Assembly (NCBI GenBank): GCA_013265495.1
Contig: MU058844.1
Coordinates: 9,692,184 to 9,756,183 of the forward strand
Reading direction: 5' to 3'
Length of the DNA: 64,000 nucleotides
Origin: Vicugna vicugna
Lineage: Eukaryota
The notes under the pieces were generated by a model. That model was not told where the DNA came from and did no database searches. It saw only the letters and a program-made list of their open reading frames with translations. Shown piece by piece: positions 1-11,400 of the stretch. Position 1 is the first letter of the stretch. Every line of letters begins with the position of its first letter. The translations under genes were made by a program, and so were the position numbers.

Positions 1-900
1 TATACGTTGGAGTGTATTTGCAGAATACATGACCAGCAGTAAAATTCCCAAATCATATTATGCAGCTCAAATTTTGAAACATATTGCCAAACTGTCCTCA
101 AATTTTATCAGTTTACACTCTGAACAAAAACGTTTGTACAATTCTGATTCCTCTTACTTTCACTACCACAAGATGTTATTAAACATTGTAATTTATGATC
201 TTTTCATATACAGATTGATGTCTCATAGTATTTATTTTGATTTCCTTAAATATAAGAGAAATTGAGCTTCTTAGCTTTGTATATTGTCCATATTAAATAT
301 CTTTTCTATTAATTGCCATTTAATATTATACTATTTTGAAAAATATTTTATACTAAAAATATGATATATGTACTGAAATTTTCTCTTGGTTTGTCATTTG
401 TCTTTAACTCTGTTAGTCAGCTGCTAGCTATCCTGTCATATAAAATTTATATATTTTGTAATCTAATTTCTCATTTTTTATTATGGCTCCACTATGGCTT
501 TTTGTGTCCTATATACAAAGGTCTTTGTCACACCAATATTCCTATTTTCACAAATTCATTCATAGTTTCTTCTGGATCTTTAATGGGTTATTCTTTTGTT
601 TTAAATATTTTGATTTTTGAGCCATTTTTTTTTCTTTTTGGAAACAGAATAAGTTAAAATCTGTCTTATTGTTTGTTGCCATTTGGAACAACAAATAATC
701 CGTCCTTTCCCTCTTGTTCAAAACACTGCTTTTAGCATACGCTAGCTTTCTCTACGTGTTTAGTTCTGTTTCTGAACCATTTATTTGCTTCCTTTAAGTT
801 ATCTGCCTATTCTTTCTTTAATACCAAACTTCTCATTATTATTCTTTAGACTATTTTAAGGTCCAGAAAAATTAGATGCCCTCCACCTATTACTTGTCTT
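1..900 (-). mobile_element. Highly degenerate L1ME-like fragment
   Basis: ttgccaaactgtcctc...atcagtttacactc and T-rich reverse ORF2-like composition. Confidence 0.45.
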
Positions 901-3900
901 CAAAGAAAAGTGTCGATAATTATTTTTGCCTGAGGATTTTTACCAAGTTGGTATAATTGATATGTCAAGTGCTAATTTTAACTAGATAAGGAAATGACAC
1001 AAAGTATCTATTACTCCTTAATTATTTGAATTAAAAAAAGTTGTAATGAGAAAGCATTCAGTAGTGGAGGAAATGGGTGAGTGGGTTTGGGTTTTGAATT
1101 CCAGATGATCTAGCTACCATTGATAAAGGCCCTGGAGGAATTACTTAACTCCTCTGTTCCTTTGTTACCTCAGCTATAATACATAGTTATAGTACTTATT
1201 TGGTAGAATATTCTTGAGGAAAAGTTCTATGAAAGCTTATAGAACTTACAAAGCTGTGTAGAACTCAAAACATGTTCTCATGTTCTTAAAATTCAGAATG
1301 ACTTTGCAGTATCATTAGTAATTATAATGACCTAACCAATGGGTTTAAATATGGGGAATTGTTTAAGCAAATTTATGTGAATGATTTATGTCCCAAAGAT
1401 TTTGAATTTGGTATGATCTAACTACTTGAATGACATCATGGCCAGTCATGTAACTGAGGAAGGGAAGCCATCAGGTTTCTGTTCACTCGATACTCCTGCT
1501 TATAACTATCTGAGTCAACAGCAAGTGAAATTTTTCTTCATGGCGTGGAACACTTTGGAAGGTCATAGTGTCCTGTCAGATAGAGATTTGGAAATCTCTT
1601 CTGCATGCATTTGCTGCTAATTCTAGAATCTTAAAGCCCTGTAAGCGAATATCTTCTAAAATGCACTGTGATATTTGAAATCCTGCTTCCTACATTACTC
1701 GGGAAACAATGCACTTCACTTAGCTGGGCTCAAGCTAAAATTCAGACTATTAAAAGGAATTCATTCTCTACGGGAGGAAAAAACCTTTCTTTGGCTTCAT
1801 GGCTTCTCTGCAAGCACAGTGGGAGTCTATATATAGTTTAAGCATTTCATTTGCTTGTTCCCAGTGTGTGTGCGTGTGTGTAGCGAGGGTGTATTTGCCC
1901 ATAGAAGTGGATGTGAGTTTACAGCTTATCTTCCAACCCAGGTTAGGGAAGTGGGCTTATTATCTCCAGACCAGAGACCCTAAGGGCCGGTTACTGAATT
2001 TTATTCACCCAGAAAGTTAGCAGCTTTTAAAAATAGGCAATCTGTTGATTTTTTTTTTTAACTAACACTCACAGGAACTAATATTTACTGAGAGCTTCCT
2101 GTGTCCTGGTACTAGGCAGAGTGATTTACACGGTTATTTCATCTACCTCCTTGAAATAAACGTAGGAGGGAAACATCACTGAATTATCTGTCCAGTCATT
2201 AAGGTCATTAGTAGGTAAACAGAGTAGCAGCCCAAGAAATTTGATTAGAGCCCACATGGTCTTAGTCATTTTACTGTACAGCGGCCAGTATGTATGAGTT
2301 GAATCATTAAGTTATTTTAATAACGTTCTTGAAAATACATAAAATTCTTGCTAAGAAAAAATATAAAATTCTTCCTAACAAAATTATTTCTTATAGTACC
2401 TCCAATTCTTTAAGAGGACAGTTAAGAAAAAGCTTTCCTCTAAAAAATCCATTAAAGGATATTGAATGTGGATATAGTATATTATCTGGAAAATTACTGT
2501 GAGTTTTCTGTACTGAAATTAAGAAGAAAGCAGAACAATTGGACACAATCCATTTGTCTCTAGTGAAGGTGAAAAAAAATTGCACGCAATGCTTATAATA
2601 TTCCAGACGTCCTTGATTTACAGTATAATTCCATCACTAGTTATTTTTTGTCTTAGCCTCAGATATCAGGGTAATCTTACCCCTCAGTTCTCCTTGTGGT
2701 TGTAAGGACATTGATTTAGTTCTGTGGCCCTCTCTTACTCTCTTCTCGTTCTGAGTGCTAGCTGCTAGCACTGTGTGACCTCAAGCCATTGTGGGAACCC
2801 AGAAAAGGGTGCACTGAGATCTTAATAATAAAAGATCAAAATGTCACGTTTTAGAAACGTCTAACATACCAAATGTTTACATATTTTAAGTCAGGTACTC
2901 TTGGTTTTTGGGAATAAGCTAGATATATTTTCTTTACTTATTTTATATATAGTGGTATATTATAAATTCAGCCAAATATGTAATTGTAAATAAACATTAA
3001 ATATTCTGTAGTTACTGTCCTTCAGTCAGACGGTAGCAGTTTTCCCAGAATATCGCTAAATAAGCGTAAAGCAGACAATCTGAAGGAAATTTAAATATGG
3101 ATGAATATAAACACATGAGAATTTCCGTATCTCTTAAACTTATGATGCATCCAACCCAGGTTAACTCTGTGAAAGAGAAAACAGGAGGACTTGTTAAGAA
3201 AGGTCATGCCACAGGAATTTGGAGATGAAATACTAACATTCCTTTATTTCCTACAATAACGTCTTACTTGTCAACTTACTCGTATAGTCATTTACCTATG
3301 ATTTGTTTTGTTCCGGAAAGGATTTTAGGTGGTTAAAAGCTATTTGTATTTTCATCCTTTTCTCATTCTTGGGAATTAACAGATTCCGTTAGGTTACTAC
3401 CTCCTATATCATGTTTCCCTAAATTTGTTTACTTCATGCCTCAGTTATCCTCTTGTTTTAGAATAACAGAGTATGGTCCTTTTCTTCCTATCCATATCCT
3501 TATAATTTTACATTCTGCGATTATATGCTTCTCTAAATCCATGTCGTCATAGAAGAGTTCAATTTTTATAGGTATAAAATTTTCCCCAATGTAGTTTTGA
3601 AAAGGCATAGAACATAGAAACACGTATGTGTGTGTGTGTATGTGTTAATTCTAAAATTAGCACTATTTTAAAACTCTAGATTTTGAAACCATATTGACAG
3701 TTTTTTCAGAGCTTCACAAATACCACTTTTTAATTTCATAATAGAAAAATGTATTGAATCAGAATATAGGTAGTAGGAACATCTGTTGAATAAATAGAAT
3801 ATCAAACATACAGCTATTATTAGCAAAGGAATGCTGTCTTTTTTCTTTGACATCACTGTTAATTCTTAAAGCAATAATGCAGTTTCTTTTCTTACTGGTT

Positions 3901-4403
3901 GAAAGTGAAGCTATGTTTACCATGGTAAAGCACAAGCCTGCCTCCTTGGTAAAACCAGTCCTCATACATTTACTGTGATCTCCATGAATATTTTGCAATG
4001 CTTTTATATTCCATAAGAAAGCACTCCCATGCTCTTAAGGGAAACCAGTGCACAAAGTTACGTGTAAACTTTCTCTTTTCATTTGAGAACTAGGTCTGTA
4101 GGAAGATATCAGAGAGCTTCATTACTTGGGTTAAATTACAAAGCTAAGAAACTATTAGGTCTACAGTTTCTTCGCACCTGCATGAGTGAACCTTGTGTGA
4201 ACAAGCTGAGAACCGTGTACATTCACTTTAATAAATATTAACAAAGCAAAAGAGATACAATTTAAATGTTGCTGCTAAGAAAATACATTATTATAATTCA
4301 ATTAATATGTAACAAGGTATTTTTAAGCAAAAATGCTAAAATGCATTTTGCGCTCATTTGAAAATGTGTCACAGCTAAAATCAGAGACAGTAAGTGCACG
4401 TAC

Positions 4404-4494
4404 ATGGTTTTATGTTTGGAAAGCGATTTTTTGCTCTGTTCCAAGGCAGGTCAGCATCAGTGGAAGAAAGATCCTGAAGAAATTTAGGTAATTC
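4404..4494 (-). CDS. PTPRQ: PTPRQ exon, 91 nt (start of phosphatase domain, KNRF motif)
   Basis: ccacag| acceptor; [30 protein letters not shown](Y); donor T|GTACGT; phase 0 to 1. Confidence 0.97.
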
Positions 4495-6009
4495 CTGTGG
4501 ATCAAAGTCATTGCAAAGTTTAGATTGATTTCAGATGTAAACAAGAATTTCCGCATAGTAAAAGGCTATTCTTTACTCTAAACCCTTTTACTTTTAAAAT
4601 GAAAACACCTCTCATCACTGCAGAAGCAAGGTCAAATGAACAGTAATGGACTTAGATGAACTTCCACTGAAAATGAAACAGAATTTCCTGAATAGAATTG
4701 GTCAGCTGGGTAACTGCTTCCTTTGGGGATCCCTTCTCTGTCCTTTGGGAAGCTCTGAGATGTGGTAACCATGTTAGCAACTGCTTCTCATACTTTACTA
4801 ATGGTTTCATCAAATACACACTATGTATTATTTAATATTTTAACGTCTCCTTAGTAGGGAAAGGCAGTCCGTGATTTATTTTTTGTTTTTTCTCCTCGGG
4901 CAGTGTGATTTCATGCCTATTAATTGGTACAACATTGGTCAGTTTGAGAAGATGCCAAAGGTCAGTTCGCGTTCTCAGGAGGCATTGTTAAATCGGTAGC
5001 GGAATGCGAAGGTGTGATTTAGAGTGATCAGACACAGATGAAGGGTCAAGGAGACCTGCTGTTGCCATTTTGGTGAAAAATTAGGATATGATCCATCTAC
5101 CATGAAGAAAGCTGGTGCAAGGAAACATGTTCATTATTTTGTTGAACTGATGATTCACACTTACGAATTTTACAGTTTTCCATATTAGAAATATCTCAGT
5201 TGACCATATTCCTCAAACAGTGTTAAAACTGTGGGGTTTTACAATTTTTTCAACATTATTATAAATTATTTCTTTCAACTGGCTAATTTTCGCTTCTATC
5301 TTATTTTTTCCGCAAAGAGAAAATCTGGACTGTCTTTTGCGTGTATGTACGTGTGAGAGGAGAGGGACGGTGGAAACATCCAAGTTCCAGTGTGTTGGCA
5401 CAAAAGGCTTAGAAAAAAAATTTTTTAACCAAGTGAGGAATCCTAGAACAGCCTCCTTGTGTCAGGTTTTGGGAGTATATGTCAGCATATTTATCAGGAA
5501 CAATGAAATAGAGGGGAGAAGAAGGGGAAGTAGAAATCACCTGAAAAGCGGGACTTCTGTTCCGGAGTTAGTTCACAGGGAAGTTTCCATTTAGAGATTG
5601 AAATAACTCTGGCCTTGATAATCAGTACTCGGTTACGAGGTTGATTGTTTGGATAGTAAGGTTACACTCAGTGGCCTTGTTCTTAACAGGGCACGCAGGG
5701 CCTCAACCGCCCTTGCCACGAAACTCCTCCTACTGTTTCCTCTCTGCAGTGGGATCACAGACCAGCGGGGCTGGCTGACATCCTTCGGCTTTTGCATTCA
5801 TGCTCTCCTCGAGAACACCTGTTCCCCTTTATCTGCTCACTGGACTTTTGCTCTGTCTTCAGGTTCATCTGGCAGGTCACCTTTTTGTGGAATCTTTTCC
5901 GATTAGTATCCTCACTTCTTTCTGCATGTCTCTATCATGATAAGTGTATTCGTGATTTTTCTTTTATACGTGTCTGCAGTTCTCACCATAAAATGAACTT
6001 CTTGGTGGT

Positions 6010-6180
6010 AGAAATCATAATAGCAAATACTTGTGCCAGCCACTATTCTTAGCATTACACACATTCAGTTTAGTAGTCACAACGCAACGAGATACTCTCA
6101 TTTTGCAAATGAGGACACTGAAGAACAGAGTGGAAGTGATGTGCCCGAGGTCACTTAGCTGTTAAGTGTTGAACTGATAT
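6010..6180 (-). mobile_element. MIR SINE
   Basis: cattttgcaaatgaggacactgaag...gtgatgtgcccgaggtcacttagct. Confidence 0.65.
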
Positions 6181-7657
6181 ATATCAATGTGCCAAATACA
6201 AGGCTTGTCACATAGTAGGAGCTTAGTAATATTTAAGGTGTAAGCACATATGACCTGAGGTACAAGGTGTGTCAGGGATTTGTATCAAATATGCATTTGC
6301 TTATTAAAACATAATTCTGCCTTGAAAATTAATGTAGCACTAGGATAAAAAGCCATTTAAAAACCATGTTCCTTAGATACGTAGATATATTTACATAATA
6401 TATATATATATATGCATACAACTTACATACGCACATTAAAAAAAAAAACCAAGTAATTAAAACCATGATCTTCAAAAAAGTTAAACTAGAAATTTTCTCA
6501 ATATGACATATGGGTAAATGTTATGGCTAATAAAACTTTTCATCTACTCAGTTATGTATAATGTAACTATATTCGCTCCCATTCTAGTGAAATTACACTT
6601 TTGCTTGTGAAAAAGAGTTCTTGCTGCATAAATGCTAATAAGTTTTACAGTACCATTGATTCTGTTACATCCAGACCAATATTACTTAATAAGCATAACC
6701 AAAAAGCTGTAGGAAATACCATTAATCTTCTCACATTTTTGTTATTATTCCCTGAGAGACTGAAATACTATGATCCTGAATTACTCAAGCCAATTGTTTA
6801 ATTCTTTGTTCACAGACTAAAACTCATGAAAAAGTTGAAATAAAGGTTTTTGGTAACACTTAGAAATGTTTTATTTTTATAATACAAAATAATCATCTAA
6901 GGTAGGAAAGAGGCTCAAGTTTTAAAATTGATTGTAGATCTAATTCACACCTTATGTTTGAATATAATTTCAATTTTATAGGTGTAAAAAATGCTAAAGG
7001 CAGTAAAAGTAATCGTAACTTTTAAACAGTGTTAAAAGTGACGAGTTCTGAAGTTTGTTTATTCTGTATAATGTAAAATAGCATTTTACTCCATGGTCGC
7101 TTAAAAATAGGCCTGTAACACAAGTATTACTTATCTGTTTTTAAATTTGGGGGCAGTTCTAGAAATAATGTTTTTATAGGTTCTGGAAGCATCGAGTTCT
7201 GTATTCAGGTTCAGCTATACCACTGACGTAAACTAAGGAGGCAAATATAAAATGGAATTATTCAGTTTCTAAATCTAAAATAATTATTTAAATACAAAAA
7301 CACATTTAGGGTGCCACCTACACCTCGTACGCACATAAGGACTAATGCACACAGCATTCCAGAGCCACACGTCCACATCTGGGCGAGAGAGCAGAGCAGA
7401 CACGGGTCCAGGCTGCCCTGGCTGGGGAGGGCTGAAGTGGAGCACCTTCTCCCGACACGGGGGGTGAACAGTTCTGCTCAGGCCGCACCAGGGGCTGCCC
7501 AGGGTAACGTTACTGTCCAAACAATCAACCTGGTAATTGGGTATTGATTATCAAGGCCAGAGTCCTTCATGGCCTTGCAGGCTTAAAATGGACATGAAAT
7601 GTGACACATGAAACGACTGGAGGTCTGGCGGTGTTGTGACAACTGCTAGTAACATAC

Positions 7658-7739
7658 CGAAAATTCCTCTTGAAACTTTAGGTTGTTGTTTGTGCAAAGC
7701 TCTTCAACATGTTGCAGGAAGGATTTCTTGCTTATCGGC
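7658..7739 (-). CDS. PTPRQ: PTPRQ exon, 82 nt (helices preceding the PTP domain)
   Basis: Uncommon GAG acceptor (ctttgcttggag|) with a CCTAAC branch-point motif about 35 nt upstream; [27 protein letters not shown]; donor CG|GTATGT; phase 2 to 0. Confidence 0.95.
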
Positions 7740-8199
7740 CTCCAAGCAAAGAAAGGTATAAAATGGAGTCATGTTAGGTTGAGTTCTTTGCCTTTAGCGA
7801 GGAGCCTGCCTTTATAGTTAGCAAGTTACAGAACCAGGGACATTTCATAACCACCCAGCCCTTTAAAGTCACTCTGTCATATTTACAACATTAACTTTCC
7901 CCCTTTAAGTTCACTTTCTTTGTATTTCACAGCACAGAAGTCCTTCGGTATTTAAGTGACTTTAAATAAATGATTTCACATTTTAATGAAGAAAATTTTT
8001 CAAGTAAATGTAAGAGCATGAAGTTATCATTGAATCCTAAAGCACATAATACCTCTTTGTCATACAGAAAACATTTTATACATTACAAGGTTTTAGAAGA
8101 TATAAAATATTGCAGTGACCTCATTCTCGTAACGACATGGTTTTTAAACCCTAAGGAGGTTAAATATCCCCGTATTACTTCCCAAGCTAAAATACAGAC

Positions 8200-8300
8200 A
8201 TGCAGGCTTCACCCCAGAGAGGGAGAAAGCGTTTCTCCAGTTACCATGCAATTAGTCATGCTTTTATGATTTATATCCAGCTTGGAGGTTTTTCTAACAA
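8200..8300. promoter_or_regulatory. Core of the MYF5/MYF6 H1 (mouse -57.5 kb, 145-bp) Pax3/Hox/Six enhancer, orthologue
   Basis: Minus strand AAATCATAAAAGCATGACTAATTGCATGGTAACTGGAGAAA: Pax paired/homeo composite (8250-8261), Hox core CTAATTG (8249-8255), MEF3-like TCCAGTTAC (8236-8244), Pbx/Hox-type TGATTTAT (8267-8274). Matches the published mouse core as I recall it and lies in a Ptprq intron as expected. Confidence 0.8.
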
Positions 8301-8393
8301 ACATACAAAAAAGGAACCACACATTAAGGTTTGTTGAATCAGTGGATCTAGAGTTGATACTCAAAAAGGAGAAAAGATATTTAACAAACTTAC

Positions 8394-8420
8394 TTGATGG
8401 ATTTTCTATAACTAAGTAAC
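8394..8420 (-). CDS. PTPRQ: PTPRQ 27-nt microexon, (R)LLSYRKSI(K)
   Basis: tctgttgcag|GTTACTTAGTTATAGAAAATCCATCAA|GTAAGT; symmetric phase 2/2 and in frame; matches the LLSYRKSIK peptide I recall from rodent PTPRQ. Confidence 0.9.
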
Positions 8421-11400
8421 CTGCAACAGAGATTGTGTTAAATGCATTATGAGTTGAGGTACAGCTCTTTGTGAAAGAGTTCTAATTAAAGTCAGAAAAA
8501 CATAATACATCAGTGATGTATAACATACTGTACCTTTGATGTGTGATCGTTATTTTAAATCCTGTTTCATTTTCAAAATTACATTATTTGGACCCATATG
8601 TGGCCAATAATTTAACTTCTCTCTCAAGCTAAGAATTTACTCTTGTATATTGTTTGGCATTTGGGGCATTACACTAAAAACAGACCACTCTTTAATATAT
8701 TGCATAGTATTTACTTGTCTAAAAGACTTAATGTGGATTAAAAAAATTTGTTTCCTTTGTCCATAGAGAGTGCTGAATCAGGGAGGGTGGACCTTTGACA
8801 AATGACATCATATTGTCTAAGTCTTATTTAATGAGAGTTTTGATGAATACATAACCATTAAAAAATCACAATCTTTTCGATTACTTTAGGTATACATATA
8901 TTTTGTGACAGTTTATTGGTCAAGTTATTTATACTCTGGAAAAAATTGAAGTAATTTTTAACAGCTATGCAACACAAACTCAGAGACGGACACATCTTTA
9001 GTAACACACTTGTCATGCACAACAAATTAGCACTGCAAAAAAAAACACAAAAGGCAAAAAGTATAATGAAATAAAAGAGCATACCCACTTTTCTTTAAGG
9101 TTTTTAATTTAAATGTTATTAGGGATGATTTTACTGTACTTAAGTGAAGAATATTTATAAGAGAAATGTGATTTTTGAAGTAAAGGACAAATGAAAAAAG
9201 TAATTAGATTGAAAAATGTGGCATAATGAATACTATGAAAATGGTCATAAAGGGGTGTGTTCAGTGAAGAAAGCAGGAGTCAAAAGAAGTGTGTTTTATT
9301 ACAGTACAGGAGTGGTGAAGAATAGGAGGATGCTGGAGCAGGTGTTGTCAGGAAGAGTGGTGAATTCTTGGTCAGGGCCGTTAAGTGTCCCCAGGCAGAA
9401 GGAAGCACCTCTGTTTTTCAGAGTATAACCTAGTAGGGCAATCCATAATCAAAGGCGGCATCACAGTGGTAAACAGCAGTGCTAGAGAGAAGTCTCGGTG
9501 GACGAGCTTGTGGGCTTCCCACAACACCTTGGAGTGGTCCTAAGAAGGCAACAGAGAAACCTTGACTCTGACTAGATGGATATGGAGATGGCTGAATGGG
9601 ATACTGAATCAGAAGAGTCCTTAATCTGGGGGCAGGGAGACAGAACATATGAATTGGAGGGCCTGGAAAGACTTCTGACATACATGCAGTGGGGACCCAG
9701 GCAACAATCAGTCCCTGTTGGGAATAATTTCCCCTCAGCAAAGACGTGCAAGAAAGAAAGACAAACCATAGGCTAGACCCACTCTACCCAAGCCACTTAA
9801 GGTGCCGGACGCCCCAGTGCTCCTATGCCACAATGTTCCTCAGAAACAGGAAAGAAACAAGGGTTAGGTTGGGAAATCTTAATTAACTGAGCTTAAGATA
9901 GAAATGAGTGAGACACTTGAATTAGCAAGATCAATTTCCCTGCTACCACACAGACATGGAAATTCTTAAGTTGTATGAAGATCACCTTTCCTACAGGCTC
10001 CAGGATTATTTGAGGCAATACTGGCAAAAATATTTTTACTAGGCTGTCCAGAATCTGAAATAGAGCTAGTTTCTGAGCAGCCATCAGTAAGCCATTTGAA
10101 GAATCAGGACACGGTTATTAAATCCCCAAGAGACATTAAATGTGAATAATCATATTAAAAATATAAATGAGCAAGAAATAGCTAAAGCATCAGATTATTA
10201 TTCACATCCTTGATCTATTTTCATGAATGATCTCTATTCTTATTTAGAAATTAAGATTAATATTTTTTTTCTTTTGGTTAATTTCTTTTCAGTGAGGTAG
10301 TGGTTTGCTTTTATTCTTATTTTGCATTTGAAAAGGTCTTTCCAGAGATACTAATTTTAAACTGTAACTGGCTAACTTTCGGATTTGGGTGGATATTTGT
10401 GCGTTTTCTTCTTATAAAAGACAGTGCCCTTATTGGCTTCAAATACCTGCTCCAACAATTACCAGTGATAATATTTTGAGCAAGTAACTTAATCTCTTTC
10501 TTAGTTCCTAATTTAGAGAATACGGCAAATACATGTAAATCAAGTTTATATATGTAAAATGCTAAGAAATGCACACCTCTGGCTTCGGAAGCAACCCATG
10601 AATGCTAGTTACTATCATTAGTATCATAATTGCTGTTTCTAGTTCAGTTTGTAAAACTCAAGCTCCTCCTACCGATCTGTTCTACAATGATACTGATATA
10701 AAGAAGGAATTTTTTTTTCCTTAAAGGAATAATCTATCTTAATTTTACTCAAAACTGGAAAGACTAAATTGAGCTAAATTAAGCAGCAAGATTTCCTATT
10801 TTATTCTTCCTAATCAGAGTCCCAGAGTAAAAGAGTGATCACAAAGCCAAGTTTGGTTTTCTAGTTATCATCTCAAATCCTAAATAAATCTCTAACAATA
10901 TAAAGGCTGTAATAATTCTGTTTTCATATTATCATGTGGAAAGCATTTCTAATCATGCCCTCGTTTTTTACATTATTCCTTAAAACTACCCTTCACATTA
11001 CCCTGTTGGCACTGCAAATATTCTCTTACTATCAGTTTCCACCATTCCAGGTGTTCTGACCGGATTCTACTGATTCTGTAATAGCTGATAGAACTATTAA
11101 CTGGCCCTTACCCTATTTTATTACAGAGAAAATAAATTCTTCCTTCTGTGAAACAAACTTCCTGTGGACAAATCACCTTCCACCTTGTCTTATGGCTATA
11201 TACGTGTGTGTTTTAAGGACCCGTGCATTGAGGTTCATGTATACTTGAAAGCATGGGCAGGATTAATACTTGGCTTATTATATTAAGTCCCGCATAAACT
11301 TATTCACAGTAGACAGTGAATAAATGTTAACTATACAATTGTGGATAAATTCAGAGTAAGATACATAGTAAGCTAAATATAAGTGCTCTGATTATTATGA

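Noticed and set aside
1..4403. Next PTPRQ exon (expected YNNNRVKL...)
   Set aside because: No such minus-strand sequence found by eye; it presumably lies left of the window.
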